Below, piece after piece: positions 39,695 to 49,200 of a stretch of DNA of 64,000 bases. The number at the start of each line of letters is the position of its first letter. The first letter of the stretch is position 1. This DNA is from an uncultured Gammaproteobacteria bacterium (GTDB lineage: Bacteria; Patescibacteriota; Microgenomatia; Levybacterales; UBA12049): NCBI GenBank assembly GCA_964457465.1, contig CAYWEJ010000001.1, positions 17,991-81,990 of the forward strand, written 5' to 3'. Under the pieces are notes generated by a model. The model was not told the DNA's origin. It saw nothing but the letters and a program-made list of their open reading frames with translations, and did no database searches. The translations under genes were made by a program, and so were the position numbers.

Positions 39695-40053
39695 AAAATA
39701 TCATTAGAGAAATTAGCTTGGTATTTAGTTACATTGAAAAAAATAGTTTTAAGATATTATTTTCAATTGGGATTTTTCTTCTTTTTTCATATATTTTTTC
39801 ATTGCCTTACATAAATCTTCTTGATGCATTTTTCGGATATTTTCCGCACGTTTTTTCTTTGATGGTGTTGTTATTTTTATTAAAACCACCTAAAAATGCT
39901 CTTTTACTAACAGCGCTTATTTTATTTTTATCGTCATATATTTTTATTGTGTTAAACATTAAATTTGTTGCAGATCTTTTAGGAACTATATGCTACTTTC
40001 TTTTAATGACATACGTAATACATGAGATAAAGAGCTCGTTTTTAGACACATGA
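39691..40053 (+). CDS. small four-TM membrane protein (GtrA/GtcA-like candidate)
   Basis: 120 aa with four hydrophobic helices. ATGA-coupled between two YfhO-like genes and two genes upstream of the GtrB-like synthase. Confidence 0.35.
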   Translation: MKNIIREISLVFSYIEKNSFKILFSIGIFLLFSYIFSLPYINLLDAFFGYFPHVFSLMVLLFLLKPPKNALLLTALILFLSSYIFIVLNIKFVADLLGTICYFLLMTYVIHEIKSSFLDT

Positions 40054-41951
40054 TTGATATACTAGGAGCAGATTGGCGTTTTTTTTGGCCTGAAAATATA
40101 CATTTTTTTTCTGGGACTCCACAAGCATGGGATGCAAGTCTTAATTCAGGTTTAGGAATTTCTGGACTCGCAACGATGTGGATAACAAGTTATCTTAATA
40201 TAACTGCGGTATTCGCAAAGATAGGCATTCCATGGTTAGTAGTCGGAATTTTTTTTTGGATTCTACCAATCTTCATTGTTTCATTTATTGCTTCTGCACT
40301 ATTATTTAAAAAAACAGTCTCAGCAGAAAAGAAGTATTATTTATTCTCAGGTTTGGTATATGCATGGAACACGTATATTCTCGGGATAGTGGGTGGAGGT
40401 CAATTGGGGGTTGGTTTGTCCTATTCAATTTTACCCTTAATTTTTTTAAGTTTTTATTTCTTACATAAAAAACCAAACTTTACTAGAAGCATTTTGTTTT
40501 CCTTAGTTTGTAGTCTTCAAATTTTATTTGATCCTCGTTTTTTCTATATTAGTTTGATTGGGCTCATCGTTTTCTATTTCGGGATATGTAACAAATTTCG
40601 CATCAACCTTAGGAATGTCATTTTTATTTTTATCGTCCCAGTTGTTATTATTTTTGTATTCAATGCATATTGGCTCATTCCGTTACTGCTGGCAACCTCT
40701 TCGTCTCTTCCTGAAAAAATTAGCACTCAAAGCAGCCTAACTTTTTTGAGTTTTGCTCGTTTTTCGCAGGCAATTTCACTTCTTCATCCCAATTGGCCAG
40801 AAAATATATTTGGAAAGGTATATTTTTTTCAGCCACAATTTCTTTTCTCACCGATACTATTAGCAGTAGGGCTTTTTTTACAGAAAAAAAATAGCAGAAT
40901 TTTTTTAAGCTATATTTTGCTTATTGTAATAGGGGTATTTATATCAAAAGGAGTTAATGAGCCTTTTGGGATAATTAATGTAATACTTTTTCACCATATC
41001 CCTGGTATGGTTTTATTTAGAGATCCCACAAAGTTCTACATATTGACTGCAATTTCATATGCAATGCTCCTCCCATTTGCTATGCAGCAGTTAAGTGCTT
41101 GGCAGAATAAAAAAAGGACATTCATAGTTTTATTAATAGTTAGTTTTTGGGTTTTACTTCCATTTTCAACTTTTTATCTTGGAAACGGATTTGAAAATTT
41201 TGTACCAAAGAAAATACCAGAAAAATATGTACTTCTTAAAAATTTTCTATTGTCAACGAAGGGTTTTTCTCGAACTTATTGGGTACCAGAATGGGAGAAG
41301 TATGGCTATTTCTCAAATAAGACTCCAGCTTTGGGAATGAGCGAATTTTTTGACAAGAAAGACGTGAAAATAAATCAGCAATCCATCCTGCCTACTCGTG
41401 ATGATTTGGCAAATCTATCTGTTAAATATGTGATTTTATCAAAAAACGATAGTAGTCTTAAGACAAACCCTGCTAGGGAGATTCTTCAGTACGAAGAAAA
41501 TAGAAAATATCTTGACTCAACTCCATGGCTTAGACATGTAACATCCTTCGACGATTTACGAGTATATAGCTTTTCTGATGGCAAAGCACATTTTTGGAGT
41601 GATAATAAAGATTTATTGATACGAACATTATCTGCTTCACAGAGTGAACACAAACTTTTGGTAAGCAATGTCAAAAAAGAAAGTACTATTATTTTCACTG
41701 AAACCTATGATCCAAATTGGGAGATGATTGTTAACGGCATATCATTCCGCTCTAGTCCCTATAGAAATCAATATAATAAATTTACTCTTAATAAAGAGGG
41801 TAATTATGAAATAGTAATTTCATATAGGCTTCAAAACGTTGTTCAGAAAACGATAATTGCTAGCAACTCTATAATTTTTCTTCTATTCCTTTATGTAGTT
41901 CTTTCTCTCCAATTCCCAAAGCTAAAGATACGTAGCTTTCGAAAGAAGTAG
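40050..41951 (+). CDS. YfhO-like polytopic membrane protein (GT-C-type candidate)
   Basis: 633 aa with many TM helices. C-terminal 'IIFTETYDPNWEMIVNGISF...' motif plus a terminal TM anchor. Confidence 0.45.
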   Translation: MIDILGADWRFFWPENIHFFSGTPQAWDASLNSGLGISGLATMWITSYLNITAVFAKIGIPWLVVGIFFWILPIFIVSFIASALLFKKTVSAEKKYYLFSGLVYAWNTYILGIVGGGQLGVGLSYSILPLIFLSFYFLHKKPNFTRSILFSLVCSLQILFDPRFFYISLIGLIVFYFGICNKFRINLRNVIFIFIVPVVIIFVFNAYWLIPLLLATSSSLPEKISTQSSLTFLSFARFSQAISLLHPNWPENIFGKVYFFQPQFLFSPILLAVGLFLQKKNSRIFLSYILLIVIGVFISKGVNEPFGIINVILFHHIPGMVLFRDPTKFYILTAISYAMLLPFAMQQLSAWQNKKRTFIVLLIVSFWVLLPFSTFYLGNGFENFVPKKIPEKYVLLKNFLLSTKGFSRTYWVPEWEKYGYFSNKTPALGMSEFFDKKDVKINQQSILPTRDDLANLSVKYVILSKNDSSLKTNPAREILQYEENRKYLDSTPWLRHVTSFDDLRVYSFSDGKAHFWSDNKDLLIRTLSASQSEHKLLVSNVKKESTIIFTETYDPNWEMIVNGISFRSSPYRNQYNKFTLNKEGNYEIVISYRLQNVVQKTIIASNSIIFLLFLYVVLSLQFPKLKIRSFRKK

Positions 41952-41991
41952 TTTATTTGGATTCCCCGAACGTACATGGTAAAATAAAGAA

Positions 41992-42930
41992 ATGATTAGT
42001 GTAGTTGTGCCCGTTTACAATGAAGAAGAAAGTGTTGAGCACTTTTTTGAGGCCTTAATTACAGAATTGCAAAAAATCAAAGAGGATTTTGAGATATTGT
42101 TTATTGACGATGGGTCTAAAGATAGATCGTTTGAGATTTTAAGTAACATTGTTAAAAAGAATAAAAAAGTTTCACTTTTTTCCTTAAGAAGAAACGTTGG
42201 CAAAGCTGAGGCTTTATCATTAGGTTTTCTTAAGGCTAAAGGAGATATTATTGTGACTCTAGATGCTGATCTTCAAGACCAACCGAGCGAAATAAAAAAT
42301 CTGCTATCTGTTTTTAGACAAGGATTTGATGTTGTTTGCGGATGGAGAAAAAACAGAAAAGACAAATCAAGAATGAAAATTATTTCCAAACTATTTAATC
42401 TGCTTGTAGGTACGATTTTTGAAGTAAAAATCCATGATTACAATTGTGGTCTGAAACTCTATTCAAGTGAAGCCGCGAAAAGTCTAAGGCTATATGGTGG
42501 GCTTCATAGATTTATACCGATTTTAGCACACGAGCAAGGATTTAGTGTAACTGAGGTAGTTGTAGATCACAAACCAAGAGAGTTTGGGAAATCGAAGTAC
42601 GGATTCTCTAAAATTTTTAAGGATGTTCCAGATATGTTCACGATGATGTTTTTAGTGAAATACATGAAGCAACCTTTGCATTTTTTTGGAACGATTGGAG
42701 GGCTGTTAATAGTATCTGGTTTTATTATCTTAGGCTATCTATCAGTTCTTAGGTTTTTCGGAGAGAAGATAGGAACACGGCCGCTTTTCTTATTTGGTAT
42801 TTTATTATTTCTCGCAGGAATACAAATTTTCTTTACAGGATTTCTTGCAGAACTGTTAATTAGTATTACTCATAGAAAAGATTCTGTGCATTTTCCGATA
42901 TCATATGACAGTTCAAAAGATGGTGAATAA
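41992..42930 (+). CDS. GT2 polyprenol-phosphate glycosyltransferase with two C-terminal TM helices (GtrB/CsbB/ArnC/Ppm1-like)
   Basis: 'ISVVVPVYNEEESV', 'LFIDDGSKDRS', 'RRNVGKAEALSLGF', 'TLDADLQD' (DXD), 'DYNCGLKLY' and two C-terminal helices. Confidence 0.75.
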   Translation: MISVVVPVYNEEESVEHFFEALITELQKIKEDFEILFIDDGSKDRSFEILSNIVKKNKKVSLFSLRRNVGKAEALSLGFLKAKGDIIVTLDADLQDQPSEIKNLLSVFRQGFDVVCGWRKNRKDKSRMKIISKLFNLLVGTIFEVKIHDYNCGLKLYSSEAAKSLRLYGGLHRFIPILAHEQGFSVTEVVVDHKPREFGKSKYGFSKIFKDVPDMFTMMFLVKYMKQPLHFFGTIGGLLIVSGFIILGYLSVLRFFGEKIGTRPLFLFGILLFLAGIQIFFTGFLAELLISITHRKDSVHFPISYDSSKDGE

Positions 42931-42939
42931 AAACGTTTA

Positions 42940-43149
42940 ATGAAACCACAAGACCTTATTTTTTTAAGTATTATGTTATTATTGCTTTTTAGTAAAAATC
43001 ACAAAATATTTGCTGCACTTGCTATTGGGTTGTTGATAATTGCTATACCTCTTTTTGAATTCTGGAAATTTTTTACTGCAGAGCGCATGGTGTTGTATTC
43101 TGCAATTTGCATCGTTATCTCAGTTATATTTCTTCAAAAAAAGAAATAG
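42940..43149 (+). CDS. small two-TM membrane protein of unknown function
   Basis: 69 aa, hydrophobic, directly after the GtrB-like gene. Confidence 0.3.
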   Translation: MKPQDLIFLSIMLLLLFSKNHKIFAALAIGLLIIAIPLFEFWKFFTAERMVLYSAICIVISVIFLQKKK

Positions 43150-43153
43150 TATT

Positions 43154-43693
43154 ATGAAGATTGGAATAGACATCTCACAACTTACGTATCAGCATACAGG
43201 TGTTGCAAAATATCTTGAAGGCTTGCTCTCAGCATTGATTAAGGATAAGGATGGAAATGAATATGTGCTGTTTTACTCTTCATTAAGAGGAAATCTTTCT
43301 CCAGTTTTTGAAAAAAAATTGGATCTGCCTAATGTTACTATCAAAAAGTTTAAAATTCCTCCATTACTCCTTGATCTTATATGGAACAAATTGCATATTT
43401 TTCCGATAGAGACATTTATTGGAAATGTTGATATTTTCCTTACTTCAGACTGGACAGAGCCTCCAGCCCGCAAAGCCCTAAAGGCAACCATTCTATATGA
43501 TTTGATCATATACCTCTTCCCTGAGGAGTCAACAGAAAAAATTGTTCTAACCCAAAAGAGGAAGCTCTCGTGGGTTAAGAAAGAGTCAAATGCTATTTTT
43601 TGTATTTCTGATGCGACAATGAAAGATGCTATAGAAATTTTAAAAATAAGCAGAGACAAACTCCACGTTATTCATCCAGGATTCAAAATATGA
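43154..43693 (+). CDS. GT4 N-terminal (acceptor) domain only: a truncated paralog of the next gene, possibly a pseudogene or a split glycosyltransferase
   Basis: 'MKIGIDISQLTYQHTGVAKY...LHVIHPGFKI*'. It ends exactly where the full-length paralog 43690-44817 continues ('IHVVYPGIKEV...'). Its stop TGA overlaps the next ATG. Confidence 0.45.
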   Translation: MKIGIDISQLTYQHTGVAKYLEGLLSALIKDKDGNEYVLFYSSLRGNLSPVFEKKLDLPNVTIKKFKIPPLLLDLIWNKLHIFPIETFIGNVDIFLTSDWTEPPARKALKATILYDLIIYLFPEESTEKIVLTQKRKLSWVKKESNAIFCISDATMKDAIEILKISRDKLHVIHPGFKI

Positions 43694-44817
43694 AGATAGG
43701 TATTGATGCAAATGAGGCAAATGTCGAAAAAAAAGTGGGAATTAGTGAGTATGTCTATGAGCTATTATTAAAATTATATCCACTAGCATCATCCAATGAT
43801 AATTTCATAATATATCTAAAAGATCAACCAATCGGGTTCCCACAAACATCAGCTTATTGGACTTACAAGATATTTGGACCTAAGAAACTTTGGACACAAT
43901 TTGCTCTTCCATTAAAACTTTTTACTCATAGAAAAAAACCTGATATTTTCTTCTCTCCAGCACATTATGCTCCAAGAATTTCGCCAGTCCCAACAGTAAT
44001 ATCCATTATGGATCTCGCTTTTTTTCATTTTCCTGATTATTTTACAAAAAAGGATCTTACCCAACTACATAGATGGACAAATTATTCAGTTAAACAAGCA
44101 AAGGCTATTATTACGATAAGTGAAGCGTCTAAAAATGATATAATCAGTTTGTATCACATTAATAAAGAAAAAATTCACGTTGTCTATCCAGGAATTAAAG
44201 AAGTTAAATCTTTAGATCCACATATTTATTCTATGGAAGAATTACAAAGCAGATATAATATTTCCAAGAACTATCTCCTTTTTGTTGGCACTCTGCAGCC
44301 ACGAAAGAATATTGCTCGTTTAATAGAGGCATTCTCAAAAGTTGTGGCAAAGGAAGGTGTGAGTACTGAGTTGCAACTTGTTGTTGTTGGCAAGAAAGGT
44401 TGGAAATATGAAGAGATTTTAAACGCACCTCGAAAATTTGGCGTTGAAGATAGAGTAAAATTTCTTGATTTTGTTGATGATAGTAATTTGGTTTTACTCT
44501 ATAAAAATGCACAGATTTTTGTCTGGCCTAGTCTCTACGAGGGTTTTGGTCTTCCTATTCTTGAAGCAATGCAAAATAATTGCCCTGTTATTACAAGTAA
44601 TATAAGCAGTATGCCTGAGGCGGGTGGTGATGCAGCGTTATATGTTGATCCTATGGACGTGGACGATATTGCCAAAAAGATTCAAAAAGTACTTTCTGAT
44701 AAGAAGTTGAGATTACATATGATAGAAAAAGGAAATAAGCATATTAAGAAATTTAGTTGGGATCATGCTGCAAAGAAGACTCTGGAAGTTCTGCGGGAAG
44801 TCGCTCATAATAGATAG
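43690..44817 (+). CDS. GT4 family glycosyltransferase
   Basis: 'MKIGIDANEANVEKKVGISEYV' and 'EGFGLPILEAMQNNCPVITS'. Confidence 0.7.
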   Translation: MKIGIDANEANVEKKVGISEYVYELLLKLYPLASSNDNFIIYLKDQPIGFPQTSAYWTYKIFGPKKLWTQFALPLKLFTHRKKPDIFFSPAHYAPRISPVPTVISIMDLAFFHFPDYFTKKDLTQLHRWTNYSVKQAKAIITISEASKNDIISLYHINKEKIHVVYPGIKEVKSLDPHIYSMEELQSRYNISKNYLLFVGTLQPRKNIARLIEAFSKVVAKEGVSTELQLVVVGKKGWKYEEILNAPRKFGVEDRVKFLDFVDDSNLVLLYKNAQIFVWPSLYEGFGLPILEAMQNNCPVITSNISSMPEAGGDAALYVDPMDVDDIAKKIQKVLSDKKLRLHMIEKGNKHIKKFSWDHAAKKTLEVLREVAHNR

Positions 44818-44818
44818 T

Positions 44819-45424
44819 ATGAAAGATAAGAGTGGCACAGCATTGTCTGCAAATGAGGCAATAAGGAGAGGAGCTAATAGAATGTCAGCTATCTCACTTG
44901 AGGCGACCAATTTCGTACTTCATATAATAGGTATGATCCCTTCTCATCACCTTCGACGATTTTTTTACCGTTTGGGAGGTATGGAGATTGGGAGTGGATC
45001 AAGTATTCATATGGGTATGAGAGTGTATGACTCATCCCATATTGTTGTTGGTAAAGATACTATTATTGGAGAGGGTGCAGTGCTTGATGGGAGAGCAGAA
45101 CTTCATATTGGGAATCATGTTGATATAGCATCAGAAGTAATGATTTATAACTCTGAACATAATATCCATGCGGAGGATTTTGCTGGTAAGGACGGCGTTG
45201 TAAAAGAGAAAGTTGTTATTGAAGATTATGTATTTATAGGTCCTCGTGCAATTATTTTACCTGGTGTGACTGTAGGAAAAGGAGCAGTTATTGGGGCAGG
45301 GGCTGTCGTTACAAAAGATGTAAAACCATTTTCAATTGTAGCAGGCGTACCTGCTAAAGAGATAGGCGAGAGAAGTAATAAAGAACCTTCTTATACGTTA
45401 GGGAGGGCTGCATGGTTTCGATAA
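44819..45424 (+). CDS. hexapeptide-repeat (LbH) sugar O/N-acetyltransferase
   Basis: In-frame ATG 1 nt after the upstream stop. Imperfect hexapeptide repeats 'IGEGAVLDGRAELHIGNHVDIASEVMIYNSEHN...IGPRAIILPGVTVGKGAVIGAGAVV'. Confidence 0.7.
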   Translation: MKDKSGTALSANEAIRRGANRMSAISLEATNFVLHIIGMIPSHHLRRFFYRLGGMEIGSGSSIHMGMRVYDSSHIVVGKDTIIGEGAVLDGRAELHIGNHVDIASEVMIYNSEHNIHAEDFAGKDGVVKEKVVIEDYVFIGPRAIILPGVTVGKGAVIGAGAVVTKDVKPFSIVAGVPAKEIGERSNKEPSYTLGRAAWFR

Positions 45425-46260
45425 TAATACTTTCGTATAACAGGAGTGATCTATTAAGTGCTTGCCTTGCATCATTATATAAAGATATCAAGACTGATTT
45501 TGAGGTAATTGTAGTTGACAACGCTTCAAAAGACGATAGTGTTGCAGTTGTCAAAAGAAATTTTAAGAAGGTTAATCTTATTGAAAATAATGAAAATTCT
45601 GGGTTTGCAAAAGGTTGTAATTTAGGTGCAAAGCAAGCTAAAGGTAATTTTTTATTATTTCTCAATAGCGACGCATCAGTTATTGACGATCCACTACCAG
45701 ATCTCTTAAGAACATTTGAGCAATATCCTGAAGCTGCTGTTGTAGGGGGACTTCTTCTTAATCATGATCATACTCTGCAACGTTCTTTCGGTGGATTTTA
45801 TTTCCTTAAAAATGTTTTTAGAATGCTATTTCAAGGAGAAAAAGGTGAACTTGAAAAATATAAAAGTACCACAGTTCTTGAGGTAGATTGGGTGAGTGGT
45901 GGTTTTATGATGGTCAGAAAAGATGTGTTTGATAAGGTTAAAGGGTTTAACGAATCATATTTCATGTATATAGAAGATATGGATTTATGTTATAGAATTA
46001 AGAAAATAGGTTCAAAAATATATGTCAATCCCAATGCAAAAGTTGAGCATTTAGGGCAAGGTAGTAGCAATAAGACATTTGCAATTGTACACATTTATAA
46101 AGGTCTGCAAATTTTTTATAAACAACAGCGCAGTACCTTTGAATATTACTTAGTAAAATGCATGCTTGCCATCAAAGGTATGCTATCGCTTGTGATAGGG
46201 GTTCTTACTTTCAATAAGTATCTTATTCGTACGTACATCGGAGCACTTAGGACATTATGA
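45412..46260 (+). CDS. GT2 family glycosyltransferase
   Basis: 'VSIIILSYNRSDLL', 'VVDNASKDDS' and 'YIEDMDLCYR'. Confidence 0.7.
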   Translation: MVSIIILSYNRSDLLSACLASLYKDIKTDFEVIVVDNASKDDSVAVVKRNFKKVNLIENNENSGFAKGCNLGAKQAKGNFLLFLNSDASVIDDPLPDLLRTFEQYPEAAVVGGLLLNHDHTLQRSFGGFYFLKNVFRMLFQGEKGELEKYKSTTVLEVDWVSGGFMMVRKDVFDKVKGFNESYFMYIEDMDLCYRIKKIGSKIYVNPNAKVEHLGQGSSNKTFAIVHIYKGLQIFYKQQRSTFEYYLVKCMLAIKGMLSLVIGVLTFNKYLIRTYIGALRTL

Positions 46261-49200
46261 AAATAATTTCATATATCAAAAATAATTTTCTATTGTTATT
46301 GACGCTTTTCTTTTTGGCTTTCATACCTTTATATCCAAAGCTTCCTCTTTTAGACATCAAACATACATGGGTCTATATTCGTATCGAAGATGTGCTCGTT
46401 GCATTTGCGTGGGGTGTCTTCTTTGTCTCCTATTTCCGTAGAAAAGCTACCCTTAAGACGCCTTTAACATTACCGATAGCTGTGTTTTGGGCGATTGGCG
46501 CATTGGCAACTCTAAGCGGGGTTATATTTATTTTTCCACGTCTTGAAGGGGTTTTTCCAAATTTGGCATTTTTAAGTTTTTTAAGACGAGTTGAGTATCT
46601 TTCCCTCTTTTTTCTAGCGTTTTCATCCATTAAGAATAAAAATGCTATTAATCCTATCGTCACAACTCTTTCCTTGACATTATCGGCTGTTTTTATTTAT
46701 GGCATTGGGCAAAGAATGTGGGGTTTTCCTGCGTTTTTGACAATGAATGAAGAATTCGCAAAAGGAATTCCTCTTCGCTTATCAGCACTTGCAAGGATAC
46801 CATCAACTTTTGCTGGGCATTACGATCTTGCTGCGTATCTTATCCTTCTTATTCCTATCATGGGAAGTATGATTTTTGGTTATAAAAAATGGTATCTCAA
46901 AATAATTTTCTTTTTGCTAGGAGTAGGTGGTCTTATTTTACTTCTTATGACTGCATCTAGGGTCTCATTTGCTGTTTATCTTGTATCTGTAGCGTTTCTT
47001 CTTATTTTGCAAAAACAAAAAAAATATATTATTCCTGTATTTATTCTTAGTATTTTATTGTTGAAGTCTTTTACCGGTCTTTCTCAGCGTTTTTCTCAAA
47101 CATTTACCCAAGTTGATCTTATTGTTGATTCTCGTACAGGAAAAGCCATTGGAATAGCATCAGAAATCGGAGGAGATTCGATTACTATTGAAGACAAGCA
47201 GTCGACAGGTGAAAACCTTCCAGCGGGATCAAAATATATTAACTTTCCATCTTCACAAGGACAGCAGCTGGACTCCCAAATTGTCTATAAAAAACTCAAA
47301 CCTGGTGGAGAGGGAGAGGAGATAATTACTAAAGCTGGAAAAGTAATAGTTAAGAAAGCATTTGCATATGATGTATCTTTTACAACTCGTTTTCAAGGTG
47401 AGTGGCCAAGAGCAATAGAGGCGTTTAAGAGAAATATTTTACTGGGGAGTGGGTATGGGTCGATTAGCCTTGCAACAGACAATAGCTTTTTAAGAATGCT
47501 TGGCGAAACGGGGCTCCTTGGATTTTTCTCTTTTGTTCTTATTTTTATCTTTATTGCAATCTATCTATTTAGAATTGTTGATGATATCGATGACAAAAGA
47601 ATTAGAGCGCTTGTATATGGTGTGTTAGCAGGATCGTTTGGTCTTGCATTAAATGCCATTCTTATTGATGTATATGAAGCATCAAAGGTTGCATTTGTAT
47701 TATGGACTGTTGTTGGTGCAACTCTTGGTCTTGCAAAACTATATCAGAAGAAAGATATTAAGTATTTTGTAGAAATGAAGAGGATTTTTACCTCAACTCC
47801 TGCTTTGATTGTAATTATTGTTGTTGCTGGGTTTTTGTTTTTTTCACGATCTCTTTCAAATTATTTTGCAGGCGATGATTTTACATGGCTTAGGTGGGCA
47901 GCTGATTGCCATCGGTTATTAAGTTCTACTGAGCAGTGTTCGTCAATTTTTAGTACTATTAGTCATTATTTTTCTCATTCTGAGGGATTTTTCTATCGTC
48001 CAGGGACAAGGTCGTATTTTCTTTTGGCTTATCCTGTCTTTGAGCTTTTCCCTTTACCATTCCATGTTATATCTTTACTGCTTCATCTATCGGCGACTCT
48101 TTTTGTATTTTTTATTCTTAAAAAGTTATTGCAACATACGCTTCTTGGTTTTGTCGGAGCTATATTTTTTCTATTTTTAAGTATTCATGCAGAGGCAGTT
48201 TATTGGATATCAGTAACAGGACATTTGATTGCAACTAATTTTATATTCATGTCATTCCTTTTCTTTATGTATTGGGTTGAGACTAAAAAGAAATTCCTTT
48301 TTATTTTTTCTTCATTTGCGGTAATGATCGCAACATTTTTTCATGAATTTGGAACAATAGGATCATTTCTTTTGATTGCTTATGATTTGATTTATCTTAC
48401 ACCATCAGTCAAAAATCTTTTTAGAAAATGGTACTACCTTCTCTTGATTCTTCCTGTGGTAATGTACTATGTCTTGAGGACTCAGGCATCAAGCGTATGG
48501 TTTCAAGGAGATTATTCATACAATTTTTCCATGCTACCTTTAAATGTGCTAGGCAACAGTATCGGCTATCTTATTACTAGCATCTTAGGACCTGTTTTTA
48601 TCCCATCATATTCTGCAATTCGTCTTTACAGTGGGCAGCATATTGGAGCGAGTGTTATTGTAGCACTTGCTCTTTGCATCGCTCTTGCTTTTATTGGTTA
48701 TAGAAATAAAGAGAAAATTTCAAAGACATCATGGAAATCGCTATTTCTAGGTGCAGCGTTATTTATTATTCCTCTCTCTCCGTTTTTGGGTCTTGGAAAC
48801 CTCAGTCCTCGATATGCTTATACAGGATCAATCGGAGTAGTATTCATTTTGGCTTACTTAATGAAAGGACTACTTATGACAAAAACTAAAAGAAGAAAAG
48901 TTCTCGTAGGTGGACTTGTTATTATCAGTTCACTTTTCATTCTTTTTCATATAAAACAATTAGACAAGAGTAACAACGAATGGAGGAAGGCTGGAGAAAT
49001 TACAAATAGTGCACTTGTTGGTATCAACTATGCATATGTAGTGAATAGCACATTGCAACCAGGTTCAACGTTTTACTTTGTTGACGTTCCAATTAAGTAC
49101 GCTGATGCTTGGGTATTTCCTCAAGGATTAGAGGATCCTTTGTGGTTCTCATTCCAGAACACAGCTCCTCAAATTAAAAACGCTTCATCAGAGAAAGAGG

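Noticed and set aside
36344-41951. Whether the 1116-aa and 633-aa proteins are secreted adhesins or S-layer proteins rather than enzymes.
   Set aside because: Both begin with about 10 or more TM helices rather than a cleavable signal peptide, and both share the YfhO-like C-terminal motif with two other paralogs. The polytopic enzyme architecture fits better, although the large middle domain of the 1116-aa protein remains unexplained.
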